From: Lama guanicoe | Taxonomy: Eukaryota | Length of the DNA stretch: 64,000 bases | NCBI GenBank assembly: GCA_013239625.1 | Contig: MU054391.1 | Span: 6,655,824-6,719,823, forward strand | Reading direction: 5' to 3' | Shown here: positions 11,701-24,550 of the stretch, one piece after another | Numbering within the stretch: the first letter of the stretch is position 1 | How the letters are laid out: every line of letters begins with the position of its first letter | Notes under the pieces: generated by a model | Databases searched by the model: none | Seen by the model: the letters and a program-made list of their open reading frames with translations, nothing else | Told to the model about the DNA's origin: nothing | Program-made: the position numbers and the translations under genes

Positions 11701-14700
11701 TAATAAACGCAGCTCTTAAAAACAAAATTCTTGCAGAAACTGTTTCTTTGTCATTCTGTGGCTTTGAAAAACACTAACAAATAAAAATTAACGTGGTATC
11801 TAAACTTTAAAGCATCAGGTGGTTCTAGTATCCATGCTTGAGCATAAGATGTTACTTCACAGAATTTGCAGATACAGTGACAACTGCCCACTTTATATGA
11901 GCACTTGGTGTGTGTGTGTGAAAATATAGTCACCTAAGGATGCTCTGACCTCTTCTCCTATTTCTAAATGTTGTCTTTGATTTACTGGTTCCCCGTCCCC
12001 TTTGTGGTGATGTCCGCAGGGACCTGGGTGATCACTCGCCCTCCCCTACACACTCACCCACCCAGCACACATCTTGTCCACAAGAATCAGATGTGGTTTC
12101 CCTGAACATTGTATGTTTCACACCTCCGTTCTTTCGCAGGAGGCTTTCCCTCTGTCTAAAATACCCTCTCCACCAACACTCCCTTTTTTCCCTGGATGAT
12201 TCTGACTCATCTTTGAAGCCCTCTTTCAAATCCTGCTTCTTATCCACCAAGAACACATCCCTTATTCCCACCGCCCCACAAACACACACTGCCATCGTCT
12301 GTGTGGGGACCCTCGGCGACTCCTCTGCCCTGGACCACCCTTCATTGCACCTAAAGTCAGGTGAGTGTTGCCTGTGGATGCTGCCATGAGCCCCCACGCT
12401 TTCCAGGTGCAGCTCTGACCTTCCTTATGGGTCGAGTCTGAGCTGTGCCCACCTGGAGCCCGTGTCCCAGTCCCTCCTAGACCAAGATCCAGATACCCAG
12501 GCTCCTGGAATGGTCCCAAATGACCCCAAATCTGCTGCAAGCCCATCTTCCGAAAGAGGGTGCTCGTTGGTGTGCCCACCTCTAGGCCGGAGGGGAAGGT
12601 GGGGGCGGCCTCCGTGGGGCTGTGGGGACAGAGGCATCTCTCTCTCAGGCTCCGTCTCTCAGGCCGCAAGGAGAGAAGGAGGGGCAGACGTGGGAGGGAG
12701 GGGGAAGAGCTGCGGCCACGGTGCAGCCACTTTTCCTCGCGACACCCGCACGAATTGCCCAAGAAGACAAAAAGCAAACCTTGCCTTCTGGGCGCACATA
12801 CCGAGGAAGGAGGTTTCATTTAACAGACCGTACTGGGCGGGTGGACAGTGGGCCTCCACTCCTGCTCTGGCCTGGCCCTGAAAACGTTAGGGGACGATCC
12901 ACCCCGAGGACTCTGGGAGTGGAGTTCGTGTGGGTCCCCCTCCTGGCTTCGGGGGACTGGCCAAGGTAGCCATTACCTCCTGCGGACCTTCAGGGCAGCC
13001 AGGTAGCTTTCCGGGGCACGGGGGCACCAAACCCCCTCAGCAGCTTTTTCTCAGGAACTTTTTAGGGTGTTGACAAAGTGCTGCAAAAACAAAGTGTGAG
13101 TTCCAACCAGATTGTTGCTCAGTGTAAATTGTTCCTGTTTGAATTTTACTTCCTGGTAATTCTGATGTTTCAGTCTTTGCGATTTGTGTTCATTTTTGAG
13201 GAAATCTGTTCTGCCACAATCAGTTCCAAGGAAGATTTTCTCGTGGTGCTCTCTCTGATGGTGTGATAGAAACAGCTCTGCTCTGAATACTGACATCGGA
13301 GCGTGTCGGCAGTTCGAGACCTGCCTGGTGGTCTCATTTGTGTAACATTGTGTGATCCCTGGACCAGTGGATCCCAAATGCCAGTGGGTGGAGAGAGTGC
13401 ACAGAACCATGAAGATCAGTCTCGGGCAGGCTCAGGGATCTGTGTTCGTCAGGGTCTGGTGTGTCCTTGCTTTGGGTTTGTTTTGGGTTTCCCAGGTGGT
13501 TCCACGGAACTTTGTGTGGGGCCATTGCCCCAGCCCAGAAATGCACGTGGAACCCTCATCGCCTGCCAGGCCCTGCGCTATTTGATTGTGCACGTGGTTT
13601 TTGTTTTTAACCTTCCCAGCGGTCCTGCAGGACAAGATGCACCTTCTCCTCTCCAACAGGTGCAAACTGAGATGAGAGGGTCGGGTGATTCACTCAAATT
13701 CACAGAGCAAGTTAATGGTGAATCCAGGGCTTGCTAAAAGACTTCTGGCTCCAAGCCCAGCAGCCGTCCAAGCGAGCACTGGCAAACGGCGAGTTCGAGG
13801 AATTACTTCAGCTTCCGACCTGTTCACTAGAAGGCGTGTGGCTGAGCTTTCTCTTCAAAGACGTCTATTTGTCAGGATAATTCCAAGCGGCTCTGCATTT
13901 TCCACATTCAAGAGGAATTGGCAATGGCACTTAGAAACTCAGGTGGCTCCATCAATGATGGAATCAGGGTGGCAAACGGCAACTGTGGCTTTTCTGAACA
14001 CGTGGGTTTCTGAAGCAATAATAGAACACTACTGGAAGAAAAACACTCTCATTCCATTAGCAACACTGTTTAAAGCAAGAGCATAAAAGGGCTTTTAAAG
14101 CTCCAAGAGCAAATACATGAATTTTATCTCTTAAAAAAAAAAGTTCCCAAACAAAAGCTCTGCCCTTCGGGTGATCCCCAAATAATGTTTTTTGCCATTA
14201 ATTCTGCAGTCATGAAGGCATGGGCTTGTTTTCCACCGTTCTTTCAGGAAAACTAGTGCACAAACACCGTCTGTTCAAAGAAAACTGGAGAGATGAAATC
14301 CGCTTTTCAGGATGGCTCTCATCCATCCCCAGTTGCCTCCTCTTTTCAGCAGAGAGAATGCAGGACTCACCCAACTTCCGTCTTGTCTCCTGATCGCTTT
14401 CTCCTGGTCAAAAGCCCACAGTCTCTCCTCAAGCCCTGAGAGTCCCCTTGGTCTGCAATCCAAGCACAGGGCACTTGTCTTTCTATTCTTCTTTAACATT
14501 TTTCTCAGGCCCATTTTCTTCCTAGATACCCGGATTTCCTAATCACCCTAATATTTCTCTGGAGCAAAGGGAACGTCTACCATGACTAGATTTTAGCTCT
14601 AAACCAATGTAATCCTTGGGTCTCTCAATTCTCCCCCAAGAGACCACAGGTGGCTTCCCTTCTTGGATGTCCCTGCAGACAGAGTCTTTGCATGGCTAAA

Positions 14701-14962
14701 CATATCTAGGCAGATACGAATTTTTTATACAAAAATGTTTACAAACCATGTAATTAGTCCTACACTATGTTTCTAATTATATATATATTTATATTTGAAG
14801 GATATGTAGACTTTTTTGCTGTTGGTTCTTTTTGGTTTTTCAGCTAAACAGTGATAACGTCTAACAACAAGGTAGTTTGACCTCTTCCTTTCCAATCCGT
14901 ATGCCTCATTATTCTTTCTCATCAAACTGGCATCATCTATTAATGTTAAATAATATTGTGGT

Positions 14963-15092
14963 GGGGAGGGTATAGCTCAAGTGGTAGAGCGCATGCTTAG
15001 CATGTACAAGGTCCTCGGTTCAATCCCCAGTACCTTGTCTAAAAATAAATAAATAAACCTAATTACCTTTCCCTGCCCCCCCACCAAAAAAA
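14963..15092 (+). mobile_element. tRNA-Ala-derived SINE (camelid Vic-1-like), long-tail form
   Basis: GGGGAGGGTATAGCTCAAGTGGTAGAGCGCATGCTTAGCATG...GGTTCAATCCCCAGTACC followed by an (AAAT)n/C-rich/A tail. Confidence 0.85.
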
Positions 15093-15099
15093 ATTAGTG

Positions 15100-16755
15100 T
15101 GATAGCACATTTGTGTAAATTAACTATCTTAGGTCACAAAGAAAATCTTAGTGAATCTCTAAGAATGGAAATTGCACAAACAATATCCTCTGATCATAAT
15201 GCAACAAGAGTAGTAACATTAATAATAAAATAAATGCAAAAGCTCTTCTACCTGGAATTAAAATACATACTATTGAACAATCCTTAGGACAAATGGAAAC
15301 TACAGAATGAGTTTACATGATATCTTGAAAATAATGGAATAAAAACATGACATATCAGAATCAAAAGGATATTGCAAAAGTAATTGTCAGAAAAATATAT
15401 ATATATTAAATTCTTATAATAATAAAAATGGAGAAAATAAAAGCAATGAATTAAATATAAATTCGAAAGGCTGGAAAAGAGAAGAAACTAGAAAACTCAA
15501 TAATGATAAAACATGATTTCAAGGGGTAAAGAAAGAAAACAGTAGAAATAATTTTAAATTTTTTGTTGTTTAGGTGAAAAACATCAACAAAATAGACAAA
15601 CCACTAGATAATCTAATCAGGAAAGAAAACACAAAAGCAAAAAATCAGAAATGACCAGTGGGAAATAAAGGTCAAAACGGATTCGAAAAGTGAGACTACT
15701 TTGCGAAATTCTATGCAAATATATTTGAAGACTTGTATAAAACGGATAATACTGTACAAAAATTACAATTTACCAAGATTGATGGGAGTGAGCCAATTTG
15801 GAGAAAATAAAGAAGTTCAAGGGACTCCACAGGATCACTGCCACCCCCCAAACCAACCAGGCTCGGATGGCTTCACTGGCAAACTCCACCAAACCTCTTA
15901 TGCACAGATAATCCCAATGTTACTTGTGTTATTGCAGAACATAGGAAAAGAAGGGATTGTTCCAAATGATATAAAAACGAGCATAATATTGAGCCACACA
16001 CCTGATGCATTTATTCCTCATCCCCCCAAAAACCAAAAAAAATCTATACAGACACACCTTACCTATGAACATCAATGTAAAAACCTTAACTAGAATATTA
16101 GCAGCCAGAATCCAACAGTTGATTAAGGATGATATATTACAATCAAACGCAGTTTAGCCCAGAAATGCAAGGTTGATACAATATTAGGAAGTTAATACAA
16201 TCCATCATATTAATAGTGCTAAGAAACAAAATAGAAGAGGCAGTTGGCAAAATCCAAAACTTATTCATGTTAAATAGTCAATAAAATAGGAATTCAAGAA
16301 TATTTTGTTAACATGATATCATATATACATATATATGGGGAAAATATATATGCAAAATCCAACATTGCATTAAATGGAAAACATAGAAGATTTTCACTAA
16401 AGTCAAGAACAAGACAAGGATGTCTTTTACTACCATGACTATTTAGCATTGTGTTGGAGTGTCAGCCAATGCAATTAGGCAAGACAATGCAAGAAGAGGC
16501 TTAAGAATTAGAAAGAGGAAAATTTCTGTCTGCAAATGATACAATTATATCATTTCCTTTCTTTTTTTGTGAAAACCTCAAAATGCCAGTGGAAAAAAAA
16601 CTACAAACAATAAGAATTTAGAGAAAGTAACAGGTTATAAAATGAATACAGAAAAATCAGTAACTTCCATATGTGAAAACAAAAGCCACTTTAAAGTGTA
16701 CTCCATTCCTGTAGCAAAAAAAGGAAAGAAAATATACTCAAGTGTAAACTTAACA
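15100..16755 (+). mobile_element. Decayed L1M ORF2 segment
   Basis: A-rich; remnants such as PGSDGFTGK-HQT...QIIPML (compare L1 PGPDGFTGEFYQTF); many frameshifts. Confidence 0.8.
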
Positions 16756-16991
16756 ATAGAGGTTCGTTACAATTTGGGTTGTCTAGGAAGCAGATACCAA
16801 GTTGGAGTCAAGAGCAAAAAGCTGAAAGCAGAGGAGGCAGGATGGGACGGGGAAGACCCTCAGATCTGGAGTTAGAGTTGCCCTGTTTTGGGCAGAAATG
16901 GCCAGGCCCTTATGCGAGCCTTGCTCAGTTGACCGCCAGGGGCTGTCCTGAGGACAGTGTAACTGGCACAAAGGCTAAGATGGATCCTGTG

Positions 16992-17785
16992 TGTTATTCT
17001 GTGATTTATAATAAGAACTAAGTATTTGGTCCCCATCAGTTCTGGCAGAGCTCCTAACACCCTTGGAATTTTGTAGGTGATGAGAGCAACAAAGGCGTCT
17101 TTTGTTATGTTAATGAGGCCACTTTTGGAAAACACCTAAGGATGGGGGCTGGTTGCCAAGAGAACCAACCTGTGATTTGAAGGTCTGAACTTTCAGTCCT
17201 ACACCTCCTCCCACCCCCACCCCCGGGGAGGGAAAAGGGGCTGAAGGTTGAATCAGTCACCAGTGGCCAATGATTTAATCTATCCTGCCTTTTCAATGAG
17301 GCCTCCTTAAAAATCCCTAAGGATTGGGGTCAGAGAGCTTCCGGGGTGGTGAACAAGGGGAGATGCGGGGAGAATGCGTCTGTGCCCTTTCCTCGTGCCT
17401 TGTCCTGTGCTTCTCTTCCATCTGGCTGCTCCTGAGTCATGTCCTTTTATAATAAACTGGTAATCTGGTAAGTGAAATGTTTCTCTGAGTTCCGTGAACT
17501 GGTCTAGCAAATTACTCCAGCCCTAGGAGCGGGTCGTTGGAATCTCCATTCTATGGCCATTTCGAAGCACAGGTGATAACCTGGACTTGCACCTGGCTTT
17601 TGAAGCTTGTGTGTGCTGTGGGGGAGCAGTCTCTGGGACCGAGCCCCTAACTTGTGGGATGGAATGCTGTCTCCAGGTAGGTAGTGCCAGAATTGAGTTG
17701 AACTGTAGGACACCAGCTGGTGTCAGAGAATTGCTTGGTGGCGTGGGAGGCCCCCCGACATACTGGAATTGGGTGCAGACTCTGA
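16992..17785 (+). mobile_element. MER21-like ERV LTR
   Basis: tgtgatttata...cagagctcctaacacccttggaatt; aataaactggtaatctggtaagtgaaatgtttctctgagttccgtga. Confidence 0.75.
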
Positions 17786-17884
17786 CCCTGGCAAAGCTAC
17801 CTGCCATAGCAAAATCTAGAAACAATTCAGATGTTGATAAATATGGAATTGGTTGTTAAATTATGGCAGATATACAATGGAATA

Positions 17885-17906
17885 CTAAGAATTCTGTGCC
17901 CAATTC

Positions 17907-17959
<53 letters not shown>

Positions 17960-18733
17960 GCAGGGGAGGAGGCAGTTACATAGAATTGATGGCAGTTGTG
18001 ATACCAGCTTTGTGTCCTACAATTCAACTCAAATCCGGCATTACCTACTCAGAGTTAGCATCAGATCCCTCCAGGTTAATGGCAGCCCTACAAGACTACC
18101 CACTTCTCACTTCAGATGCCAGTCACAAGTTCAGGTTGGTCATCTGTCCTTCTGACTAACTAGCTATAGATCGAAGTTTCCAACAACGCCCATATCAGGT
18201 TCGATTAATTTGCTAGACCAGCTCATAGAACTCAGAGAAGCATTTTACCTAGAGTCACCCATTTATTATAAAAGGATTTAACTCAGGAAGAGTCAGATGG
18301 AAGAGATGCACAGGGCAGGATACGGGAAAGGGCGTGGAGCCTCCACCCCTTCTCCAGGTGCACCGTTCTCTCACCCCTCCAGGTATTCACCAGCCCAGAA
18401 GTTCTCCAAACCGCTCTTTGGGGTTTTTAGGAGGCTTCATTACACAGGCAGGATTGGTTAAATCGTTAGCTGCTGGCAATTGATTGAACCTCCAGCCCCT
18501 GTCCCCTCCCCCAGAGGTCAGGGGGGTGGGGCAGAGAGTTCCAACCCTCAAGTCTCGTGGTCGGCTCCTCCAGGGAACATCCTTGGGTGCTTTCCTCAAA
18601 ATCACCTCATTAATGTAACAAAAGATACCTTTATGACTCTCATCACTGGAAATTCTAATAGCTTTAGGAGCTTTGTGTCAGAGAGGAGACCAAGAGCAAA
18701 TATGTATTTCATAGTATAAATCGCAATATGGCA
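17885..18733 (-). mobile_element. MER21-like ERV LTR, inverted relative to the preceding copy
   Basis: Reverse complement aligns to 16992-17785 at both ends and internally; inserted in an L1MC-like sequence. Confidence 0.75.
17909..17958. repeat. (GT)25 microsatellite
   Basis: Perfect dinucleotide run. Confidence 0.98.
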
Positions 18734-20350
18734 AATACTGTAAAGCTGTAAAACAAAATCGGAAAATCTCTATATACTACTTAAGGGTGACCTCCAGAAT
18801 ATGTTAACTTAGTAAGAAGCAATGTGGAGAAAAACATTTATGCTACCATTTATCCAAGAAAGAGGGGAAATGTGTGTTTTTGCGTTTATATTTTTAAATG
18901 AAAGGGTAAACAATAAAATGTTAAAATCATTATTTGCTGGAGAGAAGAAATAGTGTAGAGAGAACAGGTTTTGAAGTTAGACTTCCTTGAATATACCTGT
19001 TTTATAGATTTGATATGAATCCTTTATATATTTTAAAACAACATTAAATTTTAAAAAACCATCCCTTAAAATCAAAAGCAAAATGAAACAAATGAATCTT
19101 ACTACATCTCAGGGGTGTGGCCTTTCCCCATAAGGACACTATTCCAAGTGACTTTAAAGCCCTGTAATTTGATTTTACCTACCTAGTGGGATATACCCTC
19201 AGAATTTAAAAACTGCCCCCTCCCCCCCCCCAAAAAGGCTTAGGCTGTATTTTGCTATTCATATTTTTGGTCATAGTTTTAGTAGCATTATTCTGAAACT
19301 ATTGTGCATGCTTTGTGGGATAAAGAAAATAAGCGATTAGGTTGGAGTCAGTGAGATGGGGATTTTTGGAGTTGGAGAAGGAAGCGTAGTGTGAAATCAG
19401 CAAGCTCAACATAAACTGGGCAGGGCTGGGGCTTGCTGGTGCCGGCCGCCGAACAAGCCTGAGAACAGTGACTGATCCGGACGCAGTAAGGCCCCCTAGC
19501 ACCCAGCTGTGGCCATAGACACCGATTCTTACTGAAAGGAGCCAGGCCTCCTTGGAGAAACCAACGTTCCAGGTCTGGGGGAGGAAGTGTGAAGGAGGTT
19601 CTGGAAGATCCGGTCATCCCAGAAGACAAGGAGGTTATCAGAGGTTACGAGAGTCATGGCAAGTGAATTTTCAGGGTAAACTGGAAGAGAAGCCCATGGC
19701 CAAAGATTGAATAATTTCAGCATCAAGGAGATTAATCATTGCAAAGGATCGAAACACGTTAAATGTGTTTAAATGAGTAAGTTCATAATGATCCAAAAAA
19801 CAAAGCAAAAAAATCTTTACTGAATACTAGGAAATACTTAGAAGCCAACTTTAGTTGGAAAACTGGCAAATTAAGAGAAAGAAGCAAGCATTTATCCCAA
19901 TTTTCCCATGTGAACTGTATCTAGGGATGGCAAAACATTTGATGAGGGGAAATTTTCTTTTTATTGTTGGATGCCGGCTGAAGATGAAACGGTAGAATTA
20001 GAATGTTACCATTTAGCAACCTCTAATGAATTAATAGATCTAGGCAATAATCGTTGAAGGCTGTTAACATCATAAAAAGAGACAACCAGATACTCTGTGC
20101 CTCCGGATGGAAATGCATAACTCGCCTTTGCAGTAGGCTTTCCCCCCAGATCAAGTCTGATTTGGAGTAAGTCTTTAGATCTAACTACCAATTTACAAGA
20201 AGTACAATGGACAGAGGAACATGTCAAATGGCACCACGGAGGTGTAATCAGCAAAGTCCATACCTTGGGAAATTGGACAGGACAAACTCCCTGCTTTTTT
20301 TCAACAATAACAAAGAGGGAGGGGAGGGTGAAACTACAGATGAATAGAGC
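18734..20350 (+). mobile_element. L1MC-like 3' UTR
   Basis: Recalled L1MC 3' motifs (ctctaatgaattaatagatctaggc; tagatctaactaccaatttacaagaa); boundaries approximate. Confidence 0.65.
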
Positions 20351-20375
20351 CCTAAGATTCTTAGATTAAGAGTCG

Positions 20376-20432
20376 TATCACTGAAACTAACGTTGTAAAT
20401 CAACTACACTTCAATAAAAAACTAAATTAAAA
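20376..20432 (+). mobile_element. Severely 5'-truncated young L1 tail
   Basis: ctgaaactaac..ttgtaaatcaactacacttcaataaaaa, the same terminus as the 24001-24550 L1; approximate TSD agtcgta/agtcata. Confidence 0.65.
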
Positions 20433-20759
20433 ACAAGTCATAGGAACCATTCTCAATGTAGATTTTTATTTTCCTATGTTTTGGAGCAGTTTAAACAGCA
20501 TTTGAATTTTGTCGTTTTTTAAAGTTCTGGTAGCATTGGCCTATGAAACCATCTGGATCTTGTATTACTTGCTGTGGAGTGTGGTGGGCAGCTCTCTGGC
20601 ATTTTTTTCTTTTCATTCCACGTTAATAGATCTATTTTAGATTTTCTGGCTTTGCTGAAGTTATTTTCAGTGATTTGTATTTTTCATAGACTGATGCTAA
20701 TTTCATCCAGGTTCTCAAATTTATATGCAGAATTGATGTGCCCTCAAATCCACCAATTT

Positions 20760-21500
20760 GTCTGCACTGGAGCCACGGTTCCCCCTGCCTCTCCCAGTGA
20801 GGCTGAGCATGGCAGGGACATGCAGGCAGAGCTGTGCCTGGGGGATGGGTCTCCTCTGACAGGTGACTGTGTCTTGAAGACTCCCCAGTGGGCCCCCCAA
20901 CTTCCCTTAAAACCACATGGCACTGGAAGCCACTTCACCAGCCCCTCCCTGCTCCCCTCTGAGCTTCCTGCGCACTCACCCTACCTCCACACTCCACCCC
21001 ACTCTCTCTCATAGGAATTTCCCCTGATAAACTCCTTCAGTCTTCAATCTTTAGCTGGTGGCTGCTCCTTGTAGTTCCCAAACTAACATACGCGGTACCA
21101 GGGATGGTCCAAGTCAGACAAGGATTTGGGACTGGCTCATCCACCGCTCAGAGGATGAAGAGGATGTCCACCAGGTTGAAGGAGGGACAGGGTTAGGTTC
21201 ACCAGCGGTGACTTGGGGCAATGACCCCTTGAGGGGAGCTAACAGCAGTCATGCCAGTGTGAGCGCAGGGGCCTCCCTGGTAGGTCACACAGATGCAGGA
21301 CAGGCTGCACAGCTTCTGGGCTCCAGGGACGTTTGAACAGTCACCAAGCCAGGTCTGCTACACGAAGGTCGGGGCTCTAGTGTGGAGATGCTGGAACCCT
21401 AAACAAGGACGGCTCCCCTCAGGATGCCTCCACAGCGCCCCCTTTTGGGCCCTCTGGGCTTGCAGAGATGCCGCCCTGCCTGGCGAGAGCTGGCATGCCC
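20760..21500 (+). mobile_element. ERVL-class LTR (LTR40-like) followed by internal leader remnant
   Basis: LTR-like end cccaaactaaca at ~21088, followed by an ERVL-like leader ggtaccagggatggtcc...tgggactggctca. Confidence 0.5.
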
Positions 21501-21539
21501 GGCTGTACTGGAAGATGCCACAGGGGCCACTCCCCCACA

Positions 21540-21890
21540 GAACAACAGGGATGAACCTTGAGGACATTACACTAAGTGAAATAAGTCGGTCACAAAAAGA
21601 CAAATCTGGTACGATTCCATGTATAGGAGTTACACAAAGCAGTCAAATCAGAGACAGAGAGCAAAAGCGTGGCTGTCAGAGGCTGGGAGGGAGGGGAAGG
21701 AAGGGAGAGCTACTGTTTACTGGGTACAGAGTTGATGTTGGGGTGATTACGTTTTGGGGAGAGGTAATGATGCTTGGCACAACATTGTGAATATATTCAA
21801 TGCCCATAAATTATGTACTTGACAAATGGTTACATTGATAAATATCATGTTACGTGTATTTTACCACAATTAAAAAACAAAAACAAAAAC
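21540..21890 (+). mobile_element. L1MB-like 3' end
   Basis: gatgaaccttgaggacattacactaagtgaaataag...tattttaccacaattaaaaa. Confidence 0.85.
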
Positions 21891-24000
21891 TGACCTAATG
21901 GGCCAGGAATGGGCTTGGTCTTGACATCAGATGTGAGGAGGTGGAGGAGGGGTGCTGGAGAAGGAAGGTCAAGTCAGGCCTGTCACACAGTGGGGTGCAG
22001 ACACCTGGGCCAGGGCAGGGTCTGGAGGAGACCTGGAGCAGACCCTGGGTTTTGCCGTTTCCCAAACCTGGCCCCCAGATGCCCCTGCACCACAGGTGCT
22101 TACAGCCACCCTGACGAGTCATCTTCTTCAGCAGATCAAGCAAATGAGCAGTCCCAGCCAGGTCCTTTGCCACCAGCGGGTGATGACTGATTATCATTAA
22201 GGAAGAAAGCATGGCTCATTTGTCACTTTTGACATTAGAGGTCCAGAAAATCTTGGTGACCGCAGAGTTCCCTTCCTGCAGGGTGTGACAGGTCATTTAC
22301 TAAGATGGCTCTGGGATCTTTTATAGATGCTCAATTTGCATGAAGCAAGTGTAGACTGGGGGATTCAAGCAATAAAATTTTAACGCTTAATTACTTTGCT
22401 TCCTTGTTGACAAGACAGTTGCATCTGATGTGATTTCTCATTTCATTAGGCAATACATACTGAAAACAGCCAACAAACCAAAGTATGCGAGCAGAGCTCC
22501 AGCACGGGGGCAGCAGGGCCACCTCACCCCTCACTTCTTCCTCGAAGTCAGATGAAACCGCGTGTCTGTGATGCATCAGCCGTCACCTCCAAACACAAGT
22601 ACACGTACCAGGTGATACTGACATCAAATTGTCGGTCCTTTATCATAAAGACACAGAGCCACCTTTCAGAAAACAGAATTGTTTCCCTGCCTCCTGTTTG
22701 CAGACACATGGCAATCCTCACCCAGAGCATCTCCGGAGGAGAGCGCAGTCAGCAAGTAGTAAGTTCTGTCAGGGAACCTCTGCTCTGTGCGCTCTTTATA
22801 CAGAGAGAGGGGAATCTGCAGTCAACTCTCTGAGCACCTGGACAGGAGAACAGGAAAACTCCTGCACAACACCATCCTAGCACCTCCTTTGTCCAAGCAC
22901 CTGTCCAGAGGCACATAGTTGAGGCTTGAACCCAGTTCTTTACTTTTCCCTTTACTCTGCACAGCTGCCTCTCTTAGCAGAGCCGGCCCTTCACCTGGAG
23001 GGTCTGTGAAGGGGCCTCCAGTACCATGAGGAATGTCTGCAAAGAGGCTAAGACTGCAAAACCGATTTTAAGCCACTTTAAACATAGATGTAATTCATAG
23101 CTTTTATTAGAGGCAGTGTGGACATAAGGTTGAAAGTTCTTGCCAAACTAAATCTATGATTCAGTATTGTGTCAAGCAAGAATTTGGAAATCACTGGCCT
23201 GGGTAATTACTTGAAAATATTAAAATGGAAATGATTGGTCCATTACCAAAAATGAATCCAGGACAGAATACAGAAGCCACGTAGAAATCCATCTGTAATC
23301 CCAAAACATCTCCATCAAGAAGCAAAGGAAGACTGTCCATCACGACTTATTTACAGCCCTTGCTTGTAAAACTCAGACCCTGCCGGGCCACCGAGCTTAG
23401 AAGAGGAACTGATGGTAGTCCTGCTTTCTTGGAGGCAAGGAGCCATAAAAAGACAAATCGTAAAACAGCCTGAGAAGTAACCCAAATCATCACGGCATTC
23501 AGACTAAGAGAAAGGGTTGGGGAACAAGGGTAATACGTCTTTCAGATTTGACAGATATGACTCCTATGTGGAGGACTTTGAAACAGACCAAAATGACTAC
23601 TGCGTGTCTTCAAGGGAAGGGCGAGCACTGCGTCATCTTGGATTTTCTCATTTTGTGGGGCTTACACCTTTCATTTCATCTGAGCTGCTTCACAGGTTTG
23701 TGAATTGTAGTTAACACTAGCAATGCAAATGATCCTTGTCCAGACACACGTAAATTAACTCTAGGTAGAGAAACGGATTTCCTTCCTTCCTTGGCTGGAA
23801 AAAGACAAGTTTGTATCTATCAATACTTTTTCAGCATTCGCTCTGTGTATGTTTGTCTCTTTGAGTTTTCCTCTGAACTGTTGTAACGTCTTACTGGTTT
23901 CCTCATTAACAAATGAATTAAAGAAAATCTTTGATGTAGTTTCATCTACCTGTCTATGACAGTCATTACCATCACCCTCATTCAAAACACACATAGGGAG

Positions 24001-24550
24001 GGGCACCTCGGGGTTCATCGCAGCATTATTTACAACAGCCAAGGATAGAAGGAACCTAAGTGCCCGTCAACAGATGATAAAGAAGATGTGGTAAATATAT
24101 ACGATGGAATATTACTCAGCCATAAAAAGAACGAAATTCTGCCATTTGCAACTATGTGTCTCGACCCAGAAAGTATCATGCTCAGTGAAGTAAGTCAGAC
24201 AGAGGAGGACAAATACTCTATGTTGTTAGTTATACGTGGAATCTAAAAAATAAAACAAATGAATGTATATAGCAAAATAGAATCAGACCCACAGATATTG
24301 AGAACAAACTAGTGGTTACCAGTGGGGAGAGGGAAGGGGAGGGGCAATATAGAGGTAGGAGACTGAGAGATATAAACTACTATGTATAAAATAGACAAGC
24401 AACAAGGATATATTACACAGCACAGCAAAATATAGCCACTGTTTTGTAATAACTTCACATGGAGTCTAATCTATAAAAATATTGAATCACTATTTATACA
24501 CCTGAAACTAATACAATATTGTAAATCAACTATACTTCAATTGAAAAAAA
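24001..24550 (+). mobile_element. 5'-truncated L1 3' end (younger family)
   Basis: gttcatcgcagcattatttacaacagccaag...ttgtaaatcaactatacttcaattgaaaaaaa; imperfect TSD ending in agggag on both sides. Confidence 0.9.

Noticed and set aside
14963..15036. tRNA-Ala(AGC)-like sequences (also at 44446, 45239 and 55756) as tRNA genes
   Set aside because: They have substitutions in stems and boxes, A-rich tails instead of a T-run terminator, and four dispersed diverged copies, so they are SINEs
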